Assembly: GCF_009914755.1 (NCBI RefSeq)
Contig: NC_060939.1
Source of the DNA: the human T2T-CHM13v2.0 reference genome, Homo sapiens
DNA: 64,000 nucleotides
Strand: one strand, 5' to 3'
Shown: in pieces, positions 51,200 through 64,000 of the stretch
How the letters are laid out: each line of letters opens with the position of its first letter
How positions within the stretch are numbered: the first letter of the stretch is position 1
Notes under the pieces: generated by a model
What the model was told of the DNA's origin: nothing
The model's database searches: none
What the model saw: only the letters and a program-made list of their open reading frames with translations
Made by a program: the position numbers and the translations under genes

Positions 51200-54100
51200 T
51201 CGAGGCAGAGCAAGACAGTGGTGCAGACCTCTCCAGCTATCATACCCCTATAGAAACATCAATATGAACAACTGTCCACATGTGAAATTACCATTACAAG
51301 AGCCAACAGAACCTCAATACATGAACAAGGTTATGAAGCACCTTTGGCCTGTGAAGATGGGTAAAACCATGGCTTACAGAGTGAGAGAACCAATACTCTG
51401 TGACTGTGATACTCCTCCCTCAGGCCATTATGGTACCATCTGCAGAAACTCCCATAGGGCTTATAGTTTTTACACTGAAAAAAGTCAGCAGGAGGTTGAT
51501 ATTTGTTTTTTCCACTATACTGAGTGCCTTCACAGTAGACTCACTCCTGTATCAGCCCACAAGTGGCACCATGAGTGCCAAAAGGGATGAACCACCTGAG
51601 GCATGTTAAGGACGTAAGAGGAGGTGGGGCCAGCAACAGCCACCATGTGAAACATAATACACAGACTACACGCTTGACGGCCTGACTTGTTCTCCCCCAT
51701 AGCCAGGGGCTCCCTGTGGATCACCCATGGGCCCATCCAGCAAATGTTGCAGCAGTGGTGGAGCCATTGGAAGACTTATGTCTAACGTGGGATTTGGACT
51801 CTCTCTAATGCTAAAATGGAATACGATGGTAAGTCCGCTCAACATTTCCTAATAAGCCCACTTAAAAGTAGTCACAAACAAACCCAGACTGAGAAGACAC
51901 AAATAAATATCTAATTCATCAATGTGTAGACAGAGATGTATATCTACATATAATAATGATAGCTTAGGAAAAGTTGCCTCTCCAAATGGACAAAACAAGG
52001 TGTCAGCAACTGAACTTAAAGACATACAGATGAATGATCTGGCAGGCAAAGAATTCAAAATGGCTGTTTTAAGAAGAGCCTGAACACTGAGAAAGCAGAG
52101 ACATAATTCAGAAATTTACCAGAGAAATTCAACAAAGAAATCAAAATAATGGGAAAAATCACATGTAAATCCTGAAGCAGGAAAGTTCAATTAACACATT
52201 GAAAATCCAACGGAAGGCATCAACCGAAGAACTGATCAAGCAGAAGAAAGAAACAGTGAGCTCAAAGACAGGCTCTTTGAAAATACATGGTCAGAGTAGA
52301 ATGAAAAAAAGAATGAAAAGAAACAAAGAAAGTTTATGAGATTTGTGGGACACCAACAAAAGAGCAAATCTACATATCATTGGTGTTAAAGGGGAACTAA
52401 GAATGAAAAGGAGATAGTTTATTCGAAGAAATAACAGAAAACTTTTTAAACCTGGAGAAAGATTAAAATGTTTAGGATGGTCAAAGTGCCCAATCATATT
52501 TAATCTGAATAAGACAACCAAAGACATTTTATAATTAAACTCTCAAATGTCAAACACAAAGAGAAGACCCTGAAAGGACTAAGAAAAGGGAAACAACACA
52601 TAAGAGAATTCCAATATGCCTGGCAGCAGACTTCTCAGCAGAAGCACTACAGGCCAGGAGAGAGTAGGATAATAGATTCAAGTGCTGAATTAAAAAAACT
52701 GTCAACCATGAATAAAGTATCCAGCATAGCTATCATTTAGAAATAAAGGAGAGATTGAAACATTCTCAGACAAACAAAAAGCAAAGGAATTCATTGTAAT
52801 CAAACCAGCCTTACAAGAAACGCTAAATATTGTTCTCCAAACTGAAAGAAAATGGCAGCAATATGTAACACAAAAAATCTGAAGGTATAAACCCACAGGT
52901 AGAAGTGAGGGTTCAGACAAATTTGGAATGCTCTAATATGGTAATAATTGGATGTAAAGCACTTATATATCCTTAGTAGGAAGGTTAAAAAACAATACAA
53001 ATAAAATAATAATAATTACAATAATTTGTTAAGGACTAGCAATATACAAAGATGTAAATTAAGACATCAAAAATGCAAAATGTGAGGGAGTGATGGAGTT
53101 AAAGAGTAGAGTGGTTTCTTTTCCCCTCTTTTTGAATCAAAATTAAGTTGCTATCTCTTTAAAATAACTTATTGTAACCATAAAATGTTCTTTGCATGCC
53201 TTGTGGTAACCACAAAGCAAAAACTTTTAAAAGATACTCTAAAAATTAAAAAAAAAAAAACCGAAACACACTGATAGAGTAAAGCACTTAATCACAAAGG
53301 AAGATAGAGAAATCAATCAATCAAAGTACAAATTAAAAAAAACATGAAAACAAGTAATAATATGGCAGAACCAAGTCCTTGCCTATCAATAATTATCTTG
53401 TATGTAAATGGATTATCCCATTTAAGACATATAATGGCTACACTGATTAAAAACAAGACCTAACTATAAACTTTCTACAGGAAATTCACTTCATCTGTAA
53501 ATACACACATAAATTGAAAGTGATCAGATGGAAAAATATATTTTATAAATATGGAAACTGAAAGAAAGCCAGTATAGATATATTTATATCAGATAACATA
53601 TACTTCAAACAAAATCCTATAAAAACAGACAAATACAGCCATTATATAATGATAAAGGGATCAATATCACAAGATAATATAATTGTAAATATATATGCCC
53701 TCTATATTGAAGGACCTAAATATATAAAACAAACGTTAATAGATCTAACAGGAGAAACAGCAAGCAATAAAATAATAGTAACATTCTACTTTCAGCAATA
53801 AACAGATTATCAAGACATAAAATCAACAAAGAAACATCATATTTAAAGTGAACTCTAGACCAAATAACTTAGCAGTCATTTACAGAACATGTTATCCAAC
53901 AATTGCATAATTCACAGTCTTCTCTACTGCGCATGGAACATTTTCCATGATAGATCATATACTAGGCACAAAATGAGCCTTAGCAAATTCAAAAAAAAAT
54001 CAAAATTATATCACATCTTTTCTGACAATATAGAATAAAACTAGAAATAAACAACAAGAACTTCAGAAATTGTGCAAATACATACAAATTAAACAACGTG

Positions 54101-56232
54101 CCCCTAAACAAACAATGGGTTAAAAAATAAATTGTTTCATTTTAAAAATTCTTAAGACAAATGAAAATGAAATCAGAACATATAAAAACTTACGAAATAC
54201 AGCAGAAAAAGTCCTCAGAGGGAAGTTTGTAGAAATAAATTTCTATATGAAAGAAAGAAAACTCTCATTAATAATTTAAGAATGCATTTCAAGGAATTAT
54301 AGAAACGTGAACAAACTTAGCCCCAAATTGGTAAAAGAATATAGATAATGAAGACCAGAGCACAAATAAACAAAATGGAGACAAAAATATGAAAGATCAA
54401 TGAAATAAAAAGTTATTTTTTGAAAAGATAAACGCAATTGATATATCTTTAGTCAGATTAAGAAAAAAGAGAGAAGATTCACATAAATAAAATGAGAGAT
54501 GAAAAAAGACATTAAAATGGTTACTACAGAAATACAAAGAATCATGAGAAAGTACTAAAATTATATGCCAATAAATTAGAAAACCTAGAAGAAATAAATA
54601 CGTTTCTGAACACATATAACCTATCAAAATTGAAGAATTAAGAAATACAAAATGCGAACAGACCAATAACAAATAAAGAGATTGAAGCATTGTCTCTCAA
54701 TACAAGAAAATCTGGAGGGCTGGCACAGTGTCTCACACATGTCATCTCACACTTTGGAGGCCAAGGCAGGAGGATTACTTGAAGCCAGAATTTCCAGATT
54801 AGCCTGGGGAACATAGTGAGACCCAGTCTTTACAAAAATAAAAATAAAAATTATCCAGGTTTAGTGGTGTGCACTTGCAGTCCTAACAACTTGGGAGGCT
54901 GAGGCAGGAGGATCACTTAAGACCAGGAATTTGAGGCTGCAGTGAGCTATGATTGCACCACTGTACTCCAGCCTGAGTGACAAAGAAAGACCATGTCTCT
55001 AAACCAAAAATATTTAAGAAGAAGAAGAAAAAGAAAGAAAGAAAGAAAGAAAGAAAGAGGAAAAGAGAGACAGAGGGAGGGAGGGAGGGAGGAAGGAAGG
55101 AAGGGAGGGAAGGAGAAGAAAATAAAAATCGAGGATCCAATGCTTATACTGCTGAATTCTTCAAAACATTTAAAGAGGAACATATACTAATTATTTACAA
55201 ACTGTTCCAAAAAAAGTGAAAAGGAGGAAACTCTTCCAAACTCATTCTATGAAGACAGAATTACCTTATTCCAAAATGCGACAAGAACAGTGAAAAACTA
55301 AACTACAGGCCAATATCAGTGATGAACATAAATGCAAAAATTCAAAACCAGCAATGCTAGCAATCATAATTTGAAAGCACATTAAAAAGATGATTCACCA
55401 TAATCAGGCTGTATTTGTTCCAGGGAGGCAAGGAGGGCTTATGATATATAAATCAATAAATGTGATACACCACATTCGATAAGGTAAGATAAAAATCATA
55501 TAATCATTTAAATAGATACAGAAAAAGCATTTGACAAAATTCAATGTTTTTTGTAAACATAAGATCTCTTAACAAATCAGTTATAAAAAGAGTATAACTC
55601 AATAAAATAAAGGCCATATGTGATAACCCACAGCCAACATGATACTGAATAAGGAAAAATTGAAAACTGTGTCTCTAAGATCAAGAACAAGACAAGGATG
55701 TTCACTTTAATAACTTCTCTTCAACATAGCACTGGAAGTCCTAGCTAGAGCAATTAGAAAAGAGAAAGAAAAGACATCCAAATTGAAAAACAAAAAGAAA
55801 GTCAAATTGTCCCTGTTTGCAGATGACATAGATCATGTCATATGTATAAAAGACCCTATACTGAAAAACAGAAACAGTAAATGAATACAGTAAAGTTTTA
55901 GAATACAAAATCAGCATAGAAAAATCAGATGCATTTCTATACCCAACAGCATACTATCTGAAAAAGGAATCCCCATTGAAAATAGCTATAAAAAAAATGC
56001 CTGGCAAAATAAAGACGTCTAAAATGAAAACTATAAAACATTGATAAAAATCAATTGAAAAGATACAAGTAAAGACAAGGTTATCCCATTTTTTGAATTA
56101 GAAGTGTTAATACTGTTAAAATGACCATCATACTCAAATCAATCTATAGGTCCAATACAATCTCTAACCAATTTCCAATGTAATTCTTCACGTTCTGCGG
56201 ATGTTAAAAAGATTTTTAAAACCGTTTTTTTG
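51200..56232 (+). mobile_element. Long degraded L1M element (5' region, ORF1, ORF2 endonuclease and RT), 3' end missing
   Basis: ORF1-like text at 51950-52850 (GCAGACTTCTCAGCAGAA), ORF2 from ~53360, RT motif CTGTTTGCAGATGAC (LFADD) at ~55813; breaks off at the LONRF2 fragment. Confidence 0.88.
54717..55125 (+). mobile_element. AluJ-like element with (GAAA)n(GGGA)n(GGAA)n tail, inside the L1
   Basis: Alu dimer 54717-55000 followed by a purine microsatellite at 55017-55120. Confidence 0.85.
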
Positions 56233-56239
56233 GTTCTGC

Positions 56240-57000
56240 AGGCGAAGGCTGTGGCCGCGCTCCCGCCGGCCAGTTCCCAGCAGCAGCTCATCGCCCCTGC
56301 TCCGCGCCTTCGCTCCAGGCCCGCACGGTCGCAGCCCCGCGAGAATCAGCACTGAGCCGGTCCCGCCGCCGCCGCCCCAGTGTCGGGCTGCTGCTGCGGG
56401 AAGCCAATCGCCCACCGCCTGGAGGAGGGCGACGAGGCCTTCCGCGCGAGCAAGTACCAGAAAGCGCCGGGCTCTTCCGCTCCATGCTGGCCCTGCTGGC
56501 GCAGCCCGACCGCGGCCGGTGCCTGAGGCTGGGGGACGCGCTGGCCCGCGCCGGCCGCCTCCCGGTGGCCCTGGGCGCGTTCCATGTAGCCGGGAGGTTG
56601 GAGGCGCTGAGTCCGGAGGAGCTGGGGGAGCTGGCGGGCGGCCTGGTGTGTCCCGGCCTGCGCGAACGGCCACTGTTGGCGGGGAAGCCTGGCGGCGAGC
56701 TCAGGGCTAGGGAGGGCCGGCCCTGGCGCCCGGCGCGCCCCGCGACCTGCTTGGCTGCCCACGGCTGCTGCACAAGCCTGTGACGCTGCCCTGCGGGCTC
56801 ACGGTCTGTGAGCGCTAAGTGGAGCTGGGGCCCGCGCGGCCACAGGCGCGGGCGCGTGAACGTGGTGCTGAGCCGCCTGCTGGAGAGGTGCTTCCCGGCC
56901 GAGTGCCCGCTGCGCAGGCTGGAGGGTCAGGCGCGGATCCTGCAGCGCCAGCAGCAGCCCGAGGCCGCGCTGCTCAGGTGCGACCAGGCCCTGGAGCTGT
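56240..57000 (+). pseudogene. LONRF2: LONRF2 exon-1 fragment with CpG island (unprocessed partial duplicate)
   Basis: Frameshifted pieces EPVPPPPPQC, RLEEGDEAFRA, MLALLAQPDRGRCLRLGDALARAGRLPVALGAF...EELGELAGGLV, LLHKPVTLPCGLTVC and RVNVVLSRLLERCFPAECPLRRLEGQARILQRQQQPEAALLRCDQALEL match the LONRF2 N-terminus (TPR and first RING) as recalled. The start codon appears as ATC at 56345; homology ends at ALEL. Confidence 0.9.
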
Positions 57001-58489
57001 GACTTGGCTGTGGGGCTGGCCCGCCTCCCTGGCCCCTGTCAAGCCGAGCGGCTGGAGCTAACCCGCGGGCCTGGGCTTTTGAGCGCTTTGTCCAGGCGTA
57101 GGGGGTCACTTTGCTTACTAATGATGGGAAGGTGAAAGGTGGGGGAGGCCACTCCCTGCAGTCAGGGTGGCAGGTGTCAGAGGCCACATGCAACCCACTG
57201 GTTTTGTCTTTTCTAGGATGCTGATAAGTTTCCCGCGGCCCCCGGAGCAGCTCTGTAAGGCCCTGTAGTTGCCTTTCATTCCCTTCTGCTCTATTGAGGA
57301 GTGGGAGGATGACAAAGTGTTTTTGCTCAACCCGAAGGAAAATGCACATGGGAGGACACACCGGGTTACTATTTGAGTAGCCCAGGCAAGAGACCAGCGG
57401 CTGCTTCAGCCATGAGACCACCTCAGGCCAAAATAGCCTTGTGGTTGTTTTACTTCTTTTCACCAAATGGGTCTTTTTGGGGTTTGTGGCATGTCCCATG
57501 TAATGATGATCTCTTGGTTCCCCTTTCTCATTCACACCCGGGAGCTGAGGTGGGGTGGGGGAGTGGGGGGGGGAAGGGGAGTGGCCACCTGCGCCAGGTA
57601 TGAGAGAAGCCACACCTGAGACCAGCCCCTCTGTCCTCCTGCCTCTGCATGCAGCGTCCCTGCAGGAGGCAGAAGGGGTGAAAAGTAGCCTCGATGTGAA
57701 AGTCCTTGTGTGTCCCTGAGGGGGGAAGTAAGTCACAGTCGGGACACTGGTTCCTGTCACTGGGTGCAGCACAAAGAAGGACCCCAGGACATGCGGTGCA
57801 GACGGGAGCACAGAGAGGGTGAGTGCTACTGGGGTGCACAGGCAGCTTGAGGAGGATGGAGATGGCAAACTTCCCTTTGTCACACCAGGTCCACGTTCAG
57901 GGCCGGAGGACCACCAGATCCCCAAAGCCTCCGGTGCTTCCGAGGCAGAGGAGAGGCAAAGCCGGTGGCCCCCGGCGTCCAGGGACCTGGCAGCCACCAC
58001 TGAGGCCCACCTGCTTGTCCCTCAGCCGGGTGCCCACTGGCAGCCACACTCCAGGTCTCTGGGCTCTGCCCAGGACGTGTGTTTGGGCTTCTCTCCCCAG
58101 CAGAAGTCATCAGCGTACCCTCTGCATCCCACGGATTTGCTTTGTTTCTGAGGGAATAATTAAGGAATGTTAGTATGATATCAGAAAATAGCTAATTATG
58201 GTGAAGAGCTAACAGGGCAATCTGGGAAGCTGTGGAGCTCTAGTTAGTGATGACAGAAGAGGAACATATTTGACTGTTTTGTGCTACACCCAGGTTCTCA
58301 GGAGGTGGCCAGGGAGGAGACTTGGCACTGTGCCATGCTCAGAGCCCCTAGTCCCAGGGACTGTTTCCCTGTGGGAGTTTGGATGAGAGGCAGTTGGCTG
58401 GGAAGCTCAGGATGGAGTGAGGAAGGAGAACGACTTGAGGTGCTTGGGTTGGAAAGATCTAGTACCCCAGGAGGGACTGGCTGTGGCCT

Positions 58490-58850
58490 GCACACACCCC
58501 AAACTCACACACTCTGTCATGCTCACACAGACACGCACACACACTCATGGACCCAAGCTCACACACCACACTCACATGGCTTATTCACACACTTACACAC
58601 ATTAACACACATATGCACTCATATTTACACATCCGCACACAGTTATATTCCACATACACACTCATACTGCCAAGTTCAAACACCACTATCACACATTTCT
58701 TCACAAACATTCACACAACTCACATACACACTCTCACACACGTACACACTCACCTACCCACTCTCCATTACACACATTTACCTGTCCGTTCTCACACACA
58801 TGCACAAACACAAAGCCAAATTAGAGCCATTTTCCTGGTCCCACACAAAC
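58490..58850. repeat. CA-rich low-complexity repeat
   Basis: Degenerate (CACA)n / CACTCACA tract. Confidence 0.85.
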
Positions 58851-59789
58851 AAAAATGATACCTCAGTTTCTTGATCTTGACCAGAATTGGGCACATGATT
58901 CCATCCAACCACAAGGTGGGGCGGGAATGAAATCCTATCACGTCCTCAGGCCGTGGAGAAAAAAAACTATGTCAGGCCTCTCTAATGCCTCCCACAAATG
59001 GGCAGGAGGGATTGAAACAGAAAAGGGGTTCCTCCTGACATGTGGCATTGATGGAGCCCAGTTCTGCCTCATGCCAAGCCCTGCCTTGCCCCTCGATGAT
59101 GGAAAATGGTTGTGTGTCTTGTTTCCTGGCCTCCATCTCTGTCTTGGTACAGAGTAGAGACTTGAGTCTCAGTTCCAAAGACAGGAGTCCCGCTGAGCTG
59201 ACCCGCCCACTGACAGATGAAGTCTTGCCATCTGCTGACCAAGTTCCCCAAGGCCCCTTGAGACTCAACTTCTGAAGAGGGTCTGCTCAGAATTCCCCGT
59301 CCCCATGATCTGCCCGGCTGTCGGGACACTGGTGAGCCTGCTCAGTGGGGAGTCCCTTTTCAGCTCAGTCAGCAAGTGGCTCTTCTCTATAAAGAGGCAG
59401 GGGATGAACCTCCTCTCTAGTTTTAGCAGAAGAGGCCATGAGACCCATGGCAGAGGCCAGAGCTGTGCAGGCTGTAGGAGGTACCACGTCAGGGATTTCA
59501 AATGGAGGAAGGTACTTTCCAGAGAGTACTGCAGGGAACCAAGCCATATCCACCGTAGCTGCAATAAAAACTCTGAGGCTCAGCTTAAACTCAATCCTAG
59601 AAATGATGTCCCAGCACAAACTTTGCAGGATAAGCAAAATCTAGAGAAGAGAAAATGCAGACCCAGGCAACGATAAACACAAGTCATCGGGACCACCACG
59701 GAGCAGATACAGTGCCTTCTCCACGTGCGGTGAATGAGGTTCTCACGTCTGTTAGTGTGTGGAATTGAACATCAATATCAGAATCATTC

Positions 59790-60010
59790 TGTGTTACCTA
59801 CAACTGGTTTTATGTTGTTATGCCTGTCTCCTGATGACTGTGTATCTTTAGCCAACCTTTTCACCCCAAAGCTCCTGCCCCAACCCCTCCTCCTGGAAGT
59901 GCCCATCTCTGGTCTCGGCAGGAGGCTGTTCTTCCCAGCCTGTGGGGTGGCCACCTTGCAGGCTGTAACCCTCTACAAGAAATAAAGTCTTCTCTCCTTT
60001 TCTAAATTTC
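59790..60010 (+). mobile_element. Probable ERV LTR 3' fragment
   Basis: GGCCACCTTGCAGGCTGTAACCC...AGAAATAAAGTCTTCTCTCC resembles an LTR R/U5 region. Confidence 0.45.
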
Positions 60011-61749
60011 GATATTTGCTTAATCCTTAGCTTCTATTTTTTCAAGCTTTTAAACTGCTTTTAGGTCATGGCCTCTTCTCTGTAGGGTCTGGAGGCTGAG
60101 AGATGTCCAGCAGGAAAGAACTGCTAACTAATTCCAGTAGCACTGCTCTTCTGCCTAACGGAGGTGTTTAAATGTTGATTTTGGCAAAATCTATGAGCAG
60201 GTTGCTCCCCCTCTCCCGAGATCTCTCACAATACTTTGTAAAACCCAATTTAGCGCATTGTCTGGGAGGGCAGCTTTTACTGGTTCTGCAGCGATCTTCC
60301 TTACTCATAATCTATTGAAATATTGTAAAGCGATGCAGATTTGTGGCATGTGAGGAGAGCATGTAGACACACACTCCGCTGTGATTCAAAGTGCCCTAAC
60401 ACCTTCCTCTCCCCTACAGGCTGTGATAGGAGGGTGCTCTGGGTCACTGAGGAAGGGGAGTCATAAAGGAGCAGAGGCCCCCCCGTCGTGAGTGCCATCT
60501 CTCCTTGAGTGTGGCCTCTTGTTCTAGCCCACAGGCCCACCATGCCCTGACTAAATGCTCGCACTGCTCATACATCCACTTTTAAAAATTGAGTTGAACA
60601 TGAGAACATGATCATTCATATTTTATCCATTTGCATGTATTCAATACCATCCTTTCCTCATCTCTGCTTTACCGCCTTTTCCTTTAAAGAATGAATGTTT
60701 CCATGTTTTATATCCACAGAATTTCTGGTCTTTCCCTTTGGAGCCCAAGGAGCAAGGGCAGAATGAGGAACATGATGTTCCTTACAGACAGTTACTCATG
60801 AGGCCACAGCACAGAAACTGCAAGAAATGTCAGTCATGAAGTGTCCCAGTGCATTTTAAATTGATGGTTATTAAAATCCTTCTTTATCTATAGGGGATCT
60901 AAAAAAATTAAACAACTCATAATTTAAACACAGTTGCCAGGTAACCTGAGTCAAAAATCAGGAGAGGCTCCGTGGTCTGAAGTCTCCTAGTGCTCACCTT
61001 GGTGACGTTCTAGTTGCCTAACGGGTTGGTGTAATGACGTCATTCAACACAAGCAAAACACAACTCCCTTGGAGTTGTTCAAAAAATCAGGAAATAGAAA
61101 AAAAAATAAGGGAGAATAAAATATTGACAGGAGAGAAAAATGAAGAGTTACTTGGAGATTTGAAGGAGGTGAAATGGGCAAAAAGTAAATTTAGCAATTA
61201 GAATTTAAAGTCAGTGGATAATTAAGTCGAATAATTTATTCTTATGTCCATGTATTTTGGTTTTAAAGTTTTGATTAATACTCACTCAACACTAATTTCT
61301 AACAAATTAGAATATTCCCATATTGACTATTTTTACCAGTGAGCTTGTAATAAAGATCCACCAGTAATTTTAGTACACCATAACCTTTCAAAAGAAGCCC
61401 ATAGAATAAACTAATTTTTAAAGAGCCACATTTTATTCAATGTCTATTTATACATGTTACTAGCAATAAACTCTTTTATCTTTAATTTTGAGAAGCTTTG
61501 CAAATACAGAAAAGTAGAATGACTAATAGAGCCGGTAGCCAGGACTCAGATCGGAAAAATAGGTCTAATCGGTTGTTACACTGTGTTTATGTCATACATT
61601 TCACTTATTTTTATCAAATAAAAATTAGAATTTATAAAATGTTGATTAAAAGGAAAACATTCTGACTAAAGTTTAGTCCTGTGTTTCTTCCTCCAAATCT
61701 CTTTGTTCTACACTAACAAGTCAGGATAAGTATGGATGGGGAGGCTGGA

Positions 61750-62570
61750 AAAGGGGCATCCTTCCCCATGAGGTCCCCAGAGCCACCTTCTCCAAGCAGA
61801 ACTTGGGGAACATCCTTCTCCATCCAGGACCTAGGGGGCATCTTTTCTCCATCCAGGACCTGAGGGGTGTCCTTCTCCACCCAGGACTTGGGAGGTGTCT
61901 TATCCACCCAGGACTTGAAGGGGATCCTATTCCATTCAGGAGTGGGGGAAATTCTTCTTCATCTGGACTTTGGAGGCATCCTTCTCCATTTAGGACTTGG
62001 GGGGCATCCTTCTCTATCCAGGACTGGGGTTTGTCCTTCTCCATATAGGACTTGGGGGGCATCCTTCTCCATCCAGGACTGGGGTTTGTCCTTCTCCATA
62101 TAGGACTTGGGGGGCATCCTTCTTCATCCAGGACTGGGGGGTTATCCTTCTCCATTCAGGACTGGGTTTGTCCTTCTCCATGTAGAACTAGGGGGCATCC
62201 TTCTCCATTCAGGAATTGGGGAGCATCCTTCTCCATCCAGGACTTGGGGGACATCTTTTTCCATCCAGTAACTAGGGGGCATCCTTCTCCATCCAGGACT
62301 GAGGGGGGCATCCTTCTCCATCCAGGACTTGGACGACCATCTTTCTCTATCGAGGACTTGGGGGACCATCCTTCTCCATCCAGGACTCAGGGGACATCAT
62401 TCTCCATCTAGTAACTAGGGGGCATCCTTCTCCATCAAGGACTAGGGGGCATCCTTTTCCATCCAGGACTGGGGGGCATCCTTCTCCATCCCAGAATTGG
62501 AGGGCATCTTTCTCTATCCAGTATTGGGGGTCATCCTCCTCCATCCAGGACCTAAGGGGTGTCCTTTTCT
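61750..62570. repeat. ~28-bp minisatellite (GGGGGCATCCTTCTCCATCCAGGACTT), about 29 copies
   Basis: AGGACT anchors at 62047, 62075, 62102, 62130 and 62158. Confidence 0.93.
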
Positions 62571-63362
62571 GCGCTTCCATGGATGGCAGCCTTGCCTGTG
62601 CAGTCATTCAGAAAGTCAGGCTGACACATGTTGTCGTCTTGAACTCTGGCATCTCATCTCTATTCTAGGTGAATGCCTTCATGTTTATAGTGATTTACCA
62701 TTAAATCACTGTGCTGTTTTTCCCTAAAATATATGGGGCGTGTTTTTTGTTCTGACTTCTTTTAGTCCTTTGGTCCCTATCTCCGGGTTTTTGTAATTTC
62801 TTTTGCAACCTAATATGGGTCCCATTTGGTAAGTATTACATATACTAGAAAGTGATGTACATTCAGCATTTGTTGTGATTTAAAACCTTTTATAAACACA
62901 TAACATCTTTGTCTATTTCCCATTTAAATTCAGAAGTATGAGTTCCAGTGTCCCTCTCTAGACCTGCTCTATCCTGTTAGTTTCTTTGTATGTCCTGGAG
63001 GTGAGGCCAGCATTGGACTTGACGTTGGTTCACCTACCCGGTTCTATGGTCCCTCCATGTGCAGTGTCAATCTTGTTGTTTATTATTTCTTCCTTAAATT
63101 TTATTTAAACTAAAATTAATTTTGTGATAGCAGCTTGCTTTCTGTGAATATTTACTTAAAATTTTTATAAACTATTTAATTTTTAATTTCTTTAATTTGA
63201 AAGTGCTGCTTAGTTATTGATAATTTTGTATTTTAATATATGAGGTTAATCCCTCTATGTTTGGTAGGAAAAAGTGATATATTTGAACTTATTTCTATCA
63301 TTTGATTTTTGGATTTTGTATTTGCAAAGCTTTATCCTCAATTCTCTTTTCCTTTTTTCAGA

Positions 63363-63670
63363 TTTCTTTTCTTTTCTTCTTTTTTTTGGGGGACAGAGTT
63401 TCGCTCCTGTTGCCAAGGCTGGAGTGCAATGGGGAGATCTTGGCTCACGACAACCTCTGCCTCTCGGGTTCAAGCAATTCTTCTACGACAGCCTCCAAGT
63501 AGCTGGGGTTACAGGCATGCACCACCATACCCAGCTAATTTTGTATTTTTAGTACAGACAGAGTTTCTCCATGTTGGTCAGGCTGGTCTCGAACTCCCAA
63601 CCTCAGGTGATCCACCCATCTTGGCCTCCCAAAGTGCTGGGATTACAGGCATGAGCCACTGCGCCCGGAC
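63363..63670 (-). mobile_element. AluSp-like element
   Basis: GAGTTTCGCTC, TGCAATGG and GTTTCTCCATGTTGGTCAGGCTGG diagnostic positions. Confidence 0.88.
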
Positions 63671-64000
63671 TTCCAGATTTATTTTCAATCAATGTTTCAT
63701 TTTCCACTTCCTTCCTATGCTGGCTTGTAGGTTTTCCAGGCTATTTACCTTTATTTGGTGTCAAAAATTCTTTTGGGAACTTTTGAGTTGTCAACCAATA
63801 GTTGTAAGCATATTGGATATTGCTGTTTTTCTCCCAGTGCTCTGGTTATAATCTCTCCTATTAATACCTTGTAGTCTTATTGTTGTAGTTTTTTTTCTAT
63901 TAATTTCTGAGATATAAGAATTAGAATTGTCAAATTGTGGATTTATGCATTTATCATTTTAATTCAATAACTTTTGCTTCATGTATTTTGTTATTTTTCT

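Noticed and set aside
56927-58000. 357-aa minus-strand ORF
   Set aside because: GTG start, no recognisable domain, antisense to the LONRF2 fragment in GC-rich DNA; most likely chance.

Overview
Human (or great-ape) pericentromeric segmental-duplication DNA with no intact protein-coding gene. It is a mosaic of gene relics: an ANKRD18/ANKRD26-family coiled-coil exon (5.8-6.1 kb), a GRAMD4 processed pseudogene on the minus strand interrupted by an inverted L1 (17.5-19.2 kb), a near full-length CXADR processed pseudogene with TSDs inserted into an old L1 (27.6-30.9 kb), and a LONRF2 exon-1 fragment (56.2-57.0 kb). From recall, this combination matches the blocks next to POTE genes (21q11.2, 15q11.2, 18p11.21); which copy this is cannot be fixed from the sequence alone. 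Four tandem arrays are present: a ~640-bp macrosatellite (1-4403), a ~39-bp GC-rich minisatellite (31.1-33.3 kb), a ~300-bp GC-rich satellite (46.0-49.4 kb) and a ~28-bp minisatellite (61.75-62.57 kb). Alu, L1, MIR, L2, MaLR/ERV LTRs and MER3 fill the rest. The most striking structure is the 640-bp array: every unit carries a ~106-bp inverted repeat (about 89% complementary in the pair counted), so a transcript would be a serial long-hairpin RNA. Most ORFs in the track are by-products of GC-rich repeats. Boundaries of old repeats are approximate, and family and protein assignments were made by eye and memory, not database search.
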